A DNA stretch of 64,000 nucleotides from the human T2T-CHM13v2.0 reference genome, Homo sapiens. The stretch is taken from NCBI RefSeq assembly GCF_009914755.1, contig NC_060947.1. One strand, given 5' to 3'. Of the stretch, positions 1 to 14,099 are shown piece after piece (positions within the stretch are counted from its first letter, which is position 1; each line of letters opens with the position of its first letter). Below the pieces are notes generated by a model. That model saw only the letters and a program-made list of their open reading frames with translations. It was not told where the DNA came from and ran no database searches. The position numbers and the translations under genes were made by a program.

Positions 1-83
1 CGCCTCTTACTTTGCTTCCTGGGTGAGAGCAGACAGGCGTGCCACTTAGCAGAAGCAAGCAGAGAGAGAGTGGTAAGACTCAC

Positions 84-95
84 CAGCTTCCCCAT
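84..95 (-). CDS. Candidate coding part of a first exon (M-G-K-L) of a minus-strand gene that continues left of the window
   Basis: The minus strand reads AAAAATGGGGAAGCTG|GTGAGT. The ATG has strong Kozak context (A at -3, G at +4) and is followed by a near-consensus 5' splice donor (plus-strand actcac 78-83). I saw no upstream ATG between 96 and ~317. Gene identity cannot be assigned from 4 codons. Confidence 0.45.
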
Positions 96-299
96 TTTTC
101 CCAGGATGGGGGTTTTTGTTCCTCAGTTCTGATCTGGAAGAGACAAACCTGTAGGTCCTTCAAGCAGGCTGGGCTGGGGCAAGTGCCGGCTCTTTGCCTC
201 GGATCAGCTGAATGGCTGGGGCGTTCAGGAAGCTTGCTCTGTCCAGCTCGGAATCACTCCCCCTCTCCAGGGTGTGTGCTTACACGCCTCTCAGTCAGC

Positions 300-370
300 G
301 CAAAAATCCGCCAAACTCAGGTCAGCCTAACAGGTTTCCTTATATAGGTAAACATGAATTGCATTCCTGG
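300..370 (-). promoter_or_regulatory. Candidate core promoter: TATA box, Inr-like start, adjacent FOX and TEAD motifs
   Basis: Minus-strand TATATAAG at 346-339 and an Inr-like TGAGTTT with A at 317, 29 nt downstream. GTAAACA lies at 348-354 and GCATTCC at 361-367. Bases 1-450 retain more CpG than the rest of the window. Confidence 0.5.
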
Positions 371-2200
371 TGAAAGAAGTTAACTAGGAATCCTGGTAAC
401 CTGGTTAACTCTATACACACCAGAATGGCTCAGAGTTGATCAGCCTGCGTAGGGGTTTGGTTGCAGTACAAAGGGATTTGTGCAATTTAATTAAAATCAT
501 CTTTATCCTGGCAGTCTGTAAAATTGGCCCTTGTAGTGTGACTGTGAGTCAACAGTTAGTATTTTATATCATGGGCTGTGACCAGCCTCATATTATCTGA
601 AGGCATTGTAGGGGAAAAAAGTGTAACATTTTATAAGTTGTCTTTCATGTTTTTAAAACCAGGGTAATTGAACTTGAGATTATTTTCAAAGAAGTGAATA
701 GAACATGTGACAGAAAGAGAATGTGAATAAACCTCCATCAAATAAGGCTCAAATCCTTATTTGAGCATAGTAACGAATAGTTATTCAACTTTCCCAGGCC
801 TTTGGTAGATAATGCAATACAATCATTTTGCGTTTTCTCCCTTTACAATGCAGTAATTGCTACTGTATTTTTTGATGGGCAAAATGACAGATAATGACAT
901 CTATTCCAATAACAACCCTCCTAAGCCCACATGCTGATGTGTTATTTGATGGTTTCAGGAAAGAAATCTAAGACTTGCGAATTTGCATACTTGTATGTAA
1001 ACATTTTTAAACAACTTCCTCGATTTAAGAAGATAAGAAAATATATCTTCAAAAGAACTCTATAGCTCTTCCCCTTACATTTTATCTACTACTTAGTAAA
1101 GTAATAATTTTAAAAAATTCTAGCCAATTCCACTGAAGACAATATGGAGACTTGAGACTTTCCTGTGTACTAGAGATGAAGATTGTCTGCTAAAAAGGAC
1201 CTATCTCAAAATGAAACACTTGTTTTTATTTCATCCATGGGTTGACTGCTCCTTGAGTAGTGACAACCTTATTAAAAACAGCTCAAGGCTGTTTTAGGTC
1301 TCTGTTTAGGACAGGCGAGATAATGAATCTTCTGATGCCACCTAAGTGAGCACCAACACAAACCAATGTCAAAAAGTTTCTGCCGAGATGAGTAAGGAAC
1401 AAAAATTGCACTGCCAGGAAGGGTAACTATTTTTGAATAGCAATTTCCACTGGGAAAAACTTTTGCATACAATTTCTCTTCTTATCTCTGCAGGAACACT
1501 GTGAAGTGTGTAGTATTTCCTCTTCACAATAATAAAGTTGGCTTACAGAGATAAAGTGATTGGTCCAAAGTCTCATGATCAGTTTTTGGCAAATCCAAAA
1601 CCCCAGATAAAGAATTTAACTCCAATAGCATTTCCCAAAATAGAATCAACTTTAAGAGACAGAAGAACATTAAAATGGCAATTTTCCATTTTCAAATATA
1701 ATTTTTAATAATCATATGTCCAGAGAATTTAAATGCAATATACAAACTTATTAAAATACTTTTTATAAAGTCATAACTTACTGTTAACATGACTCCCTTT
1801 AAATGTCTCCAGAAAGATCATAAAATGAGATAGAGAGTGTATTTTTATTGAATATAAATTTGGGTTATAAAATATTATGAAAATATAACTTGGCAAATAT
1901 TGCACACATTTTTCTGTTCACAGTACTCACATCTCTATTGTATCAAGTTAAGATTCATCCTGATTCCTCCACTGGAAGGAATATCAGTGTTTTCTACTTA
2001 CTGGGTTTTCATTAATCTTAAATGAAACTCTGTACCATGCTAGGTAAATGGCTTTCACTAATATAGTCCATTTATGATCTGCACTCTTTGTGTCCTCATA
2101 ATTCCCACTGAAGTAAGTTCTGTTTATGTAGAAACTTTAGACTTTATTAACAGGTTGTTGCAAGACAAAGAATGCATTTTTTTTTCCCAGGGCAGGCTAA

Positions 2201-2584
<384 letters not shown>

Positions 2585-3929
2585 TAGGCTTTAAACACAA
2601 AATATCATAGGCTATAACTGTTGAATTGGAAGGTCAAAATGAAATTTGGATCTCAAAGTAGCATATTTCAGAGAGGAAATACAATCCTCTGCTAAATCCA
2701 TTTTAGAGGCCTCAAGAAATGGTTTGGGAAAGTCTGGATCACTGAAGCAGCATGAATTCAACCTAACCATAGAGGACCCCAGTGAAAGAGTACTTACAGC
2801 TAAATAATTACACCATGCCAAAAAATAGCACTTATGGGAAACTAAATAAAATACAAGACCTATTTGAAGGGGAGAAAATATCATTGTGGTTTGAAGAAAA
2901 CATCAGGGGATAGAGTTTAGAAATTCCTAATGATATATAACTAATGAGTAGTTGAGCTACAATTTAAAACACACTGCATCAGACTCCAGAAAGCTCACTA
3001 TTTCTATGCACCCTGAGTGTACCACAGTAGCCAAAAAAGAGCAGATGACTTAGAGTCCAAAGATATTTCAATTCCAGTTCCATCTCTTGGATGTGTGACC
3101 TTGGATACATAATGCTTCTGAGCTTCACCTGCCAGTGGAAGTGAAAATGGCTCAACATATTAGATTTCTGAAAGTACCTAAGGAGATTTCATTTCAATCA
3201 TTCTTCATATATCTGTTGACATTTCTTATGGTCCAGGCATTCTGCTACATCCTAGGAGTAACGCCATAAAGAAGCTTGGCACGTTCCCCACCCTCATGGA
3301 GCTTACAGTCTTACAGAAAAGACTGTGTATATCTATATTATGGGATGTGAAAATCTAATGTTTTCCTAAATTTCTCACAACACAAGAATGTCTAATTGAA
3401 GTTCCATATAAATATAGCAATATTAATAAATGAATGATGTCCAAGCAACAGCTTTCACTGTAGTTAGTGCAAGTTACTCTTACTAACCTGAGGTGGACCT
3501 TACCATGATTAGACTGGGTAGACCCGGGCTGAGCCAAATCAGATAAATACTGGGGGAAAGTAAAACTTGATGCATCAGCCGTATCATGACAATGTCCTTT
3601 TATCTAACAACTGAGGAGGACAATTAGATGCAACTTGAAAGCATCTTGAAGATGCTCAGGAAGCTGGATGGACAATGGAGTGATTTTTCTTATTCATTCT
3701 GCACATAAAGAAGTGATGGAAAAGCATAAGAAAAATTTCCTAAATATTGTAATCAGTTATCAGATACCCAATCTATTATTAATTCACTTCTGTGCAAGAA
3801 ACATTTAATTGGTACATACTATGAATGAGGTTCTGTGAAGGATAGACACAGAAAAAGATACACGGAGATAAAGAATGATCCCTGGCTTTAATAAAGCTTT
3901 CTAGAAAAAATGTTCCAATGTTCAGTAGC

Positions 3930-4240
3930 TGTATCAGTCAGAATAAATAAAGATATGCTCTGGTAACAAGCAAGCTCCAAATCTCAGTGGCTTAAAACAA
4001 CAAAAGTGAATCTGTCGCTCACGCCGCATGTTTACATAGGCCAACAGGGAGGGCGCACCTATCCATAGCCACTCAGGAACCCAGGCTGCTGACACAGGAA
4101 ACAGGGATTTGGTGAATTGTGTTGGATTTTCAAAACTTTACCCCATAAGTGACTGTTAAACTTCCACTAGCCTCTTGTTGGCCAAAGCAATTCCTCTGGC
4201 TCTGCTTAACTTCAAAGAAAGAGAGGAGAATCAAGATACA
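3930..4240 (-). mobile_element. Old MaLR LTR (MLT1J/K-like)
   Basis: TGTATCAGTCAG...AAATCTCAGTGGCTTAAAACAACAAAAG resembles a reverse MLT1 end; diverged. Confidence 0.55.
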
Positions 4241-4629
4241 TGACAAATGTTTACATAACAGCTATGACAAATCAGCCAGCTGAACAAGAGTAACATTTTG
4301 GCTAAGTTAATTTTATTTCACCAATTTATTCAGTAGCACCTGTGTGGAAAGCACTATAAAAGGGCCTTACAGTTAATTTGAGTACCTTACTCTTCTGGGA
4401 CACTTATAATGTCAAGAGAGAGCAAGGTTCTGCAAAGTCTAGCCCAAAGTGGGCTGTCCAGGACATCCTTTCTAAATATTACTATTTCCCTCAAGATTCC
4501 ACTGGAACCACTGATAATCTTTGAGTCCACCTTTAGGTCTCTGCTCTTAGGGAAATTGGATCTAATCAGTCATTTCTGAACTTAAAATGCCAGTCATTAT
4601 GCCATAAGGGGTATTGAGTCTGCCTGCTT

Positions 4630-5055
4630 AATTGACCCCTTCTATTAGTGACTTGGGTGATGAAATAAAAGACAAGTTGATTTAATTTGCAGATGGTGCC
4701 AAATTGGATAACTAACATCTCAGAGGATTCTATTATAATTCAAAATGACCTTGAAGAGTAGGATTAAAATGACATTAAGAAAGGAGCTTATGTTCAACAG
4801 AGATAAATAGAAGGTTGGAATTAAACGTATAGAAAATATATGTTAGAAGAAAATAACTATATTGAGGTAACATTAGCCTGCAAGTTGAATATAGGCTGGC
4901 AGTTTAGCACTTTTACTTATAAAGGCTCTTGGGATATATTTAAAAATATGGTGGTCTTAATCTTGAATGCACTGGAAAATAGGCGCTTCTCAGAATACTG
5001 CTTCATTGGGGATCCACATTTTAAGAAATAAGAAATCAGAGCACATTCAGAAGTG
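4630..5055 (+). mobile_element. L3/CR1 LINE reverse-transcriptase fossil
   Basis: Degenerate translation DLGDEIKDKLI*FADGAKL (CR1 FADDTKL motif), then IQNDL and EYCFIGDPHFKK (CR1 LEYCVQFWAPHFKK). Confidence 0.75.
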
Positions 5056-5092
5056 AAAAAAAGAATTTTCCTAAAGACTAAGTGCTCTAGAT

Positions 5093-5299
5093 CAGGGGTC
5101 AGCAAACTTTTTCTGCAAAGGGCCAGAGAGTAAATATTTTCAACTTTGCCAGCCATTGTGTCTTTGTTTCAACTACTCAACTCTGCTGTTGTGATCCAAA
5201 GCACCCATAAACAATGCATACATGAACGGGCATGGCTGTATTCCAATAAGACTTTATCAAACTGGACAGCTGACCTGGGCCATACTTTGCAGACTCCTG
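5093..5299. mobile_element. MER58A hAT-Charlie DNA transposon
   Basis: CAGGGGTCAGCAAACTTTTTCTG...CATACTTTGCAGACTCCTG termini with a typical MER58 body. Confidence 0.85.
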
Positions 5300-6259
5300 C
5301 TCTCTACATTATACAAAGTGTCTCAGAATGGTAAGGGACTCAAACTGACTGAAACTGCCTAGAAGGCAGGAAAGGCCTTATTTTGGCCATTTTCCTATTG
5401 CTCAGATTCCTTTAATATTGTTTCCACACAGGTGCTAGTGAATAAAGTAGTGAATTAAATTAAATTAAATTAACAAAAAATGTTAATACACCAGTCTCCT
5501 TATTAAATATTGCAAAAGAATTGGAATATGTACTTCTTGAAAATGTCATGGAAATACATCCAAAATATAATTTACCATGTCAATTTTTCAAATATTTCTC
5601 AACTATATTGTCTTTTTGGGAAAGATATTAATGATGAAATTAATATAATAGAACTTAGAGAATAATTACAGTAATGAAATTAAAGGGAAGAAAAGTCACA
5701 ATACTAGCCAAGGTCAATAAAGCAAATGTCGCCTTCATTAAACATAGGTAAAAAAGAAAACGAGGAAAGGTTAGGTCAATTCTGTAATGTCACCAAGCTA
5801 GTGGTGATGGAGAATAAATTAGGACCCAGGTTCCTGGTGTTCACAGTCCTAGATTATGATAAACCCAAAGTACCTAGGAGCTGGGACAAAGAAGCACACA
5901 GGAATGCAATGCCTGGAGATATTCGTTAGAAAAGTGAGGATGAATGGAGTAACAAACACAATATCATAGCCCGTACATGGAAGTCCTGTGGTGTGTCTTT
6001 TGGATTGCCTCAAGGAAAGCCCAGCACTGTATATGCCATTTCTCCTTCCCTTCCCCAGGTGTTCCCATAGCCTTACATTCTCCAATCCAATCTGGTTTGC
6101 AGCTAATCCCATAGCATCTCCCTCCTTAGATAAAGGCCAGAAAGCTGAAGCATAGTTATGGGTGAGTTGGTCCAAATGTTCCTGAATCTTGATTCCGACC
6201 ACTTCTTACCACCACCTCCACCCCATCCTAGTCCAAGATAGCATCGGCTCCTGCCTAGA

Positions 6260-6476
6260 CAAGTTTCTTAACCTCAACTGTGTTGGAATGGATCATTCTC
6301 TGTTGTGGAGGTTGCTGTCCTGTGCATTGTAGTATGTTTAGCAGCATCCCTGGTCTCTACCCACTAGATGACAATCCAATTGCACCCCCACCCAAAGTCA
6401 AGACAACCAAAAGTTATCTTCAGACATTGCCCAGTGTCCCCTAGTGGTCAAAATTGACTCTGAGTGAGAACTTCTG
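6260..6476. mobile_element. MER20 hAT DNA transposon
   Basis: Diagnostic AGCAGCATCCCTGGTCTCTACCCACTAGATG core. Confidence 0.85.
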
Positions 6477-6586
6477 AACTAGATTGTTACAATAGCTTTT
6501 TAATTGTCTTCCCTACTTCTGCTTTTGCCCCTCTACAATCTATTCTTCACGGAGCTGCCAAAGTCACCTTTAAAAACTATTTATCA

Positions 6587-6589
6587 TGT

Positions 6590-6625
<36 letters not shown>

Positions 6626-6995
6626 ATGGAATACTACTCAGCCATAAAAAGGAAAGAAATAATGGCATTCACAGCAACCTGGATGGAGTTGGAGACTATT
6701 ATTCTAAGTGAAGTAACTCAGGAATGGAAAACCAGACATCGTATGTTCTCACTCATAAGTGGGAGCTAAGCTATGAGGACACAAAGGCATAAGAATGATA
6801 CAATGTACTCTGGGGACTCGGTGGGGAAGGGTGGGAGGAAAAGTGAGAGATAAAAGAGTACACATTGAGTACAGTGTACACTTCTTGGGTGATGGGTGCA
6901 CCACAATCTCAGAAATCACCACTAAAGAACTCATTCATGTAACCAAACACCACCTGTTCCCCAAAAACCTATTGAAATAAAAATAAATAAATAAA
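6587..6995 (+). mobile_element. 5'-truncated L1PB1-like 3' end with internal (AC)n
   Basis: ORF2 C-terminal MEYYSAIK...RMFSLISGS, an L1PB-type 3'UTR, an A-rich tail and an approximate TSD aaa(c)tatttat. Confidence 0.9.
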
Positions 6996-7246
6996 TATTT
7001 ATTAGATCATGCTACTTCTTTGCTTAAAACCTTGAGTGGCATCCTCCTACAATTAGAATGTAATCTAGTTTTCTTACCATTGCCCAGAGAGCTCCCCATA
7101 ATCTGACCTCTGCCAGCCCCTCCAAACTAATCTGATAGCACTGTGCCCAGCCACCGCCTTCCTTCTCTTTCTCCAACATACCCATTTTGTTCAGACCTCA
7201 GGACCTTTGCACATGCCCTTCCCACTGCTTGAAATGCTCTCCCTGG

Positions 7247-7764
7247 TGTGGTAGGTAGAATCATTACCTCCCAAAGTTGTCCATATTCTAATCACTGGAC
7301 CCTGTGAATATGTAATGTTACATGGCAATGGTAAATTAAGGTTGTAGATGGAATTAAGGTTGCTAAAAAACTGACCTCATAAGAAGATTATACTGGATTA
7401 TCTGTGGGGGCTCAATGTCATCACAAGGTTGTTATAATGTGGAAGTGGTGGGGAGGGGGCAGAAGAATCAGTTTCAGAGTGATGTGATATGAGAAAGACT
7501 GCAGCAAACATTTCGGGCTTTGAAGATAGAGGAAGGGGCCATGATCTAAGGAATGTGGACAGCCTTTAGAAACTGGTAAATGAAAGGGATCAGAATCTCT
7601 CCTGGAACCTCCAGAAAAAACATATCCCTGCTGACAGCTTGATTTTAGCTCAGTTAGGCTTGTGTTAGACTTCGACCCCCAAAAGAGTAAGAAAATAAAT
7701 TGGGCCTGTTTTAGGCCACCAAGTTTGTGACAATTTGTTACAGCAGCCATAGAAAACGAATATA
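7247..7764 (+). mobile_element. MLT1D-like MaLR solo LTR
   Basis: TGTGGTAGG start and TTTGTTACAGCAGCCATAGAAAACGAATATA end. Confidence 0.85.
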
Positions 7765-8094
7765 CCTGCCGTCTTCACTGCTAGTGCCTCAGTCCTCAGA
7801 GTTTATGCAAACGTCTTCTCTGGTAGGAGGCTGCCCATGGCAGCCATGACTGACATTGCTGTCCTCGCCATCCATCCCACCTGCAGTAGTTCCACGTCAC
7901 TTTACCCATTTCACTTCCTTCATAGCTCTTATCACTATCTGGCACTAACAGAGTTCATTCATTGCCAAACAAAAACAAAACCAAACAGCCAAATTTCACC
8001 TGGATGAAAAGTAGAAAACAATGACAAACTTGAAAAACAAAACAAATGTGGCAGTCATTTTATATGCCTTGGATCAGGAATGCTGGAGAAAGAA

Positions 8095-8290
8095 CCAGGT
8101 TTGGATTAAGTAAAGAACATTTATGTTGGATGAAAAGAAATTTTTGACGGTAGTTGGAGTAATTGCACAATGAAACAGGCTGCCAAGGAGGGCCACGGAG
8201 GCCTAGATTGTGGCAACACTCACAAGAGAGATTAGATAACTCAAGTCAGGAGAATAAGTGGAGCCCAGCCTACAGCATTTACTTGATGAC
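8095..8290 (+). mobile_element. L3/CR1 3' fragment
   Basis: AAGAAATTTTTGACGGT...TGAAACAGGCTGCCAAGGAGG matches the CR1 ORF2 end (KNFLTV...WNRLPRE). Confidence 0.6.
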
Positions 8291-9850
8291 CTGCTTGTTC
8301 TTTCTCCAGCTTGAAAATGTATGTAGCACAAAGCAATGAATCACAGGACAACATCTGCATGTAATTGCATTTCTGTTCCAATAATAAATGTTTCAACTGC
8401 TATGCTATTTACGAAAGCTGTTATCATAAAGAGCCAAGTGGGGGAAATTCGAAACACAAATGCTTATCTTAAGAAACCTTTCCTTTGCAATTCAGTGTGC
8501 AAGTACCCAAACTCCAAATTTGCTTTAGTATCTGAATTGTCCTGAGGAGTTTATTTTTGAAATTCTATTTTATAGTGATTTTTAGGTGTTTGATTCCTTG
8601 CAAAAGCTCTTCACGTCACAGTTTTCTTAATATCTTTTGAACCCAAAGAGGAGCAAAGGCCAGAAATTGTTCATATTTCCTTCACAGATCTATTATCTGT
8701 ATTTTGGACTCATTGTCAGCCTTGGAGAGAAGGTATTTTGTACCTTTTTAGGGAAGAATGTTAGTTCTCAAAACAAAAGACTAGCATTACAGATTTTCCC
8801 CCTTTCTCCACAAAAAAGGCAAAATCTCCAAAAAGGGATTTTTGGCCTTTAATTACTAGCAAAGTGCCAACATAGTTTAAAATAATTAACAATAATGTAG
8901 AAGAAATAGGAAGTAAAAGAAATTCTTATTCCCTCAGGTCAGCCTTGTTTCCCTCATCTCCCTGCAGTGGCCAATACGTTTTCTGTATGAGTGGCACAAG
9001 AAAGGCTGACTTACCTGCACAACATTCTCAAAGCCACCAGTGCCATCGACACAGGCTAGCAATTATTTTGGCCTTTTACACTTAGCTTTGAGTGAATGCA
9101 CATTTTGCAAAATAAAGCAAGCTGAATTTTTAAACAGTTCACTTTACTTTGCATCTTTGAATTGTGTCTTTCAGCAATGTAAAACTCACTGCTTTGGGTA
9201 AAGCATGAAAACTCATCAAGATACAGAGAAAATAAAACAAATCTCCTAAATGGCTGCCTCTTTCCATTTGGCTAGGCCAAATGGCCTAAGATGATGTCGC
9301 TGAGCGTTTCTTATTTAATGAGATGGCAAATAACCACGTGGTCAAAAAATCTTCAAAGAGCAATGAAAATGAGCAATTTTCCAATAATAATTCCAAAGCA
9401 ACACCCCATTTCCCAAGGTCTGTAATTCTTAACTCTTATATGCTTACTTCTCACTTCATTAGCACTGTTTAAAACATCAGAGTTGAATATCAAAACCAAA
9501 TGAAAACTTAGAATGGTCTTTTAGGAAGATGAAAATATATCGCAGTTTTCCAAAGTTATTTTCAATGAACTTTTTAAAGGCCAAATTGATAACAGTGGTT
9601 GGACTCTCAAATGGTTTAGCATCTAGGCAGCCTACAATTTCTGTTTGCCACTCACGGACTCTGCTTGATCCATGGTATAGATGAGGATGGAGACAGATAT
9701 AGAGATATTCATTCAACAAATAATACTGGGTAAATTCTATGTGTCAGAGACACATTCATATATTAAAGTAGATAAAAGCAGCTTACTTAAAGGTTGAAAG
9801 AGTTTCAAATTTATGTTTTAGTGAAACATAGAAAACATTCCACTTTCTCG

Positions 9851-10165
9851 TTTTTCTTTTTTTTTTTTTTTTTTTGGTTGAGACAAGCTCCAACTGTGTT
9901 ACCCACACTGGTGTGAGTGCAGTGGTAACGATCACGGCTTACTGCAGCCTTGACCTCCCAGACTCAAGGGATCATCCCACCTCAGCCTCTTTAGTAGCTG
10001 GGGATACAGTTGTGTCCTAATACCCCCTGCTAATTTTTGTACTTTCGGTAGAGATGGGGTTTTGCCATGTTGCCCAGGCTGGTCTTGAACTCCTGAGCTC
10101 AAGCGATCTGCCTGCGCTGCCTTCCCAAAGTGCTAGGATTACAGCGTGAACCACTGCGCCCAGCC
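9851..10165 (-). mobile_element. AluJ SINE
   Basis: Reverse Alu with J-type ACTGCAGCCTTGACCTCC and CTCCTGAGCTCAAGCGATC. Confidence 0.92.
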
Positions 10166-10214
10166 TCATTTTAAAATTAAAAACAATGTGCATTTAGTGA
10201 TACTAAAAAACAAG

Positions 10215-11030
<816 letters not shown>

Positions 11031-12721
11031 AACACACAAGAACAACCAAACAGTATACCAAGTTAGTTTTACCTTGTGGCAACAGAAAGAAAAATAAGAT
11101 GGAGAAAAGATACATTGAAAGCAAGGACAGAGGCACAGAGACAGAGACCTGCAAAGAGGAACAGACAGATACAGAAATAGACTGGAGGTTTCCAGGAAGG
11201 TGTTAAGAGCTCAATGGCCTTGTTATGTGACTCTGCTATTATCTCAGGCTATAGAAATCAGAGAAAAGGATGATTCTGTAAAAGAAATGAGAAACTTGAC
11301 ATAGGTTGGAAACATACACTAGAGTATAGAAACTTTTCTGCCTTTTTCTATTTTAAAATGTTAGGTATTTTTTTTCTATGTGATTCGGAAGGGTTTGCAC
11401 ATGTGTAAATGAACAGCTCTGGGTTAGCAAGTTTTTCAGGAGCCTTTGCAAAGACTGACCACCAAGCTTTTGACACTGAAAGCTGTCATGCGCTATGGAG
11501 TTGTTATTTGAGAAACCCATACCGTCTAGCGTCCCAATGCCAGAAGGACACATTTAGAATTGGCCTTGATTTCTTCCTAATAGACACTTCTGTTTAGAAA
11601 TCAACCTAGTTTTTGGTCTACCTTGGAATAGATATAATGGGAAGCAAATTAAAAAATTGTTTAAAAAATCTGTAAGGTTTAGTTTAAGTTTTCACAGTGG
11701 TACATATAAAATCTTCAGAGGGTCTCCTCTTAAAAGGAGTCCCAGTATTTCACAGAAGATTCCCTGATCATTGAACCCCACGGTTAACTGCAATTAACAT
11801 ATGCTAGGCGTTTCTGCAGACTAGTGTGTACTCACTTACATTTTCTATGGTGTTTTCGAAAAAGGAACTTGAAACACTATTAACTATATATCAGGATAGT
11901 CTAGACAAGGTTAAGTGTGAGGTATTAACAGTCAATCAAAGGTATTTGATTAGTGTGTGCCCTAAGTCAGTCCAAATATGTACTTCATGGATGGAATACT
12001 TATACCCAGGCCTCAAAATCTTTTATTGATATTTATCACAGAATCCACATACTATATTACATGAAAGAAATCTCTATTTAGAAACTGATTGAGATTTTAA
12101 TAATGGTTGTTGGGTTGGAATTGGGAGAGTAGGGAGATAGATCTGGGAGACATCTCAGGGGGATGCATATTTCCTCTTGAATGAGTTTCATATCTTAAAT
12201 GTGAAGTTCTCATGAGCTTGTATTTAAACTTTAATGTGGCAAATTACATAAACTCTTTAATAAGAGCCAAAGGTCTAAAGTGCCCTCTTAGATTTGTTTT
12301 CTTTTTCCACTGAAACAGCATACCAAATCTGAATCTGATTAAGCCTGCTGAATTTGTTATCAGTGCTAGGAACTATGTATTCTGTTCAGAAAATTAACTT
12401 CACCTAGAAATGCATGTTTTGGTGGTTTTACACTCCCCCCACCGACCCCAATAAAAGCAGGCTGGTTAGAAAGGCAATAAATCCTGGGAGAAGCCGAACT
12501 TCATTTTTCCTGATAAAGAATTGGGTTTGCACATAGGCTGAAAACAGGGCTGAAATTCTGAGTTTTGAAGACACATAATGACTTTAGGTTAAGTTAAGCT
12601 GTCAATGAGGGATGCCCTGGTTATTTTCTCCCTATCACAGTGTTTGACACTTAGACCATATCTAGCTTTATTTTTATGCATCTATGTATCTATCCATGTA
12701 TATCTATCATTTAACTATCTC

Positions 12722-12875
12722 AAATTTTCCCAACCTCAGCACTACTGACCTTTTAGATAATTCTTTGTTTTGTGTGTGTGTGTGTGCGTGAGGGGGTGGG
12801 GGCTGCCCTGTGTACCGTAGGATGCTAAGCAGCATCCCTGGGCTCTCACTACTACCCACTAGATGCTGGTAGCAT
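12722..12875. mobile_element. MER20 fragment
   Basis: CAACCTCAGCACTACTGAC...AGCAGCATCCCTGG...CCCACTAGATGC. Confidence 0.75.
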
Positions 12876-14099
12876 TCATTACCTATGGTAGTATATATAA
12901 TAATAAACTATAATAATATGTAATAAATACATATTCTCTAGGGGAGAATATGCCTTCTACCTATTATCCTTGGTGGCAACCAACTTTTTCTGTGAACACT
13001 GCTTTCAGATACTGCTTAGAATATGTCATAAATTAACAGACAACATTTAATTGTTTTACTGAATTAAGTTAGTAAATCCATAGCAGATCATAATAATCTC
13101 AAAACTAAAGCTTGTTTGATATATAAGAACTAGGATTTTTTGAGGGAGAAATGGGATTTTCTTGAATTTAAAACGTTTTTCTTTAAATATCAACAGTCAG
13201 AGCCCCAGATGATTTAGAAATTTTAAAAAATGGACCAACAAGATTTGGTTTCTGAAAGCAAAGAGAGTTGTGCTGTACGTCCCATATGGAAGACTGGGAA
13301 GAGATAGCTTTGTGGGATGCCCTGCCCCTATAGGGGGCAGCCAGAGCAGAGCAGAAATGAAGAAAAGGTCTTAGCTGGCTGGCTCCAAGTTTTCCTTGGC
13401 TACTCCTTGATGAGAAGGCAGTTGGAGGTGTTCATGTGTCACCATAAGTGGTGTGGATAGAGTGGTTGGAACTTGAGAGCTGGGAACCTGCTAAAAGGTG
13501 TGTGTAGTGTTACTCTAGACAAAGGGTCCCATCCCAGAGGCTGCTATGAGTGGGACATTTCAGTCTGGGGCTAGTGAAAGGATGAGGCTGAATTGCAGGG
13601 CCTGGGTGGGAAACAAATTAGCAGGGATGAAGATCAAGTGTGTTGTCTAGTCCACCTCTACCCATGTTTTGCCAATGAAATAGCCTTCCCTCACTGCCTC
13701 CCCACACTCAGACCACCCTTCCTAGGATAACTGCAGAGGTCAGTAGATGAGAAATTCTCAAGTTGGCTGGATTTAAGCTCTGAATGAACCACACTTTGAA
13801 CCAGAAGTGACCTTTTTCATTGAATTAACAAACAATTCTTATGCTAAGTGGAAACAGTGGCTTCAATTGAGTTTAGTTATAGAGAAATAATGTATTTTTG
13901 CACCTTAATGATGTGACTATAAGTTTTAAACTTCCTACAAGTATAGAACTTATTAAAATAGCTAAGTCCAAAAATGTTGAAGAATAGCATATTCAAAAGA
14001 TGACTCACATTTGTATAGTTATATCCTCAGCACCCAAAAGAGTACTTGGCACACTGGAAGTTTTCAAAACATTTTGTTTAATGAAGGCACAAATACTAA

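Larger units (their letters stand above)
6180..7960 (+). mobile_element. L2 LINE fragment interrupted by MER20, L1PB and MLT1D
   Basis: L2 3' motifs (e.g. AGATCATGCTACTTCTTTGCTTAAAACC, GGACCTTTGCACATGC) resume collinearly after each insertion. Confidence 0.7.

Noticed and set aside
39-347. 102-aa plus-strand ORF
   Set aside because: It starts at GTG and has no recognisable homology. Promoter and splice signals favour the opposite strand.
9264-9284. Inverted repeat CCATTTGGC-TAG-GCCAAATGG resembling an NFI site
   Set aside because: The spacer is 3 nt rather than the canonical 5, and 9-bp stems are expected by chance in 64 kb.
13322-13340. CTGCCCCTATAGGGGGCAG quasi-palindrome, CTCF-like
   Set aside because: It mismatches a core CTCF position and probably lies in an ancient LTR-like stretch (13200-13940) that I could not classify.
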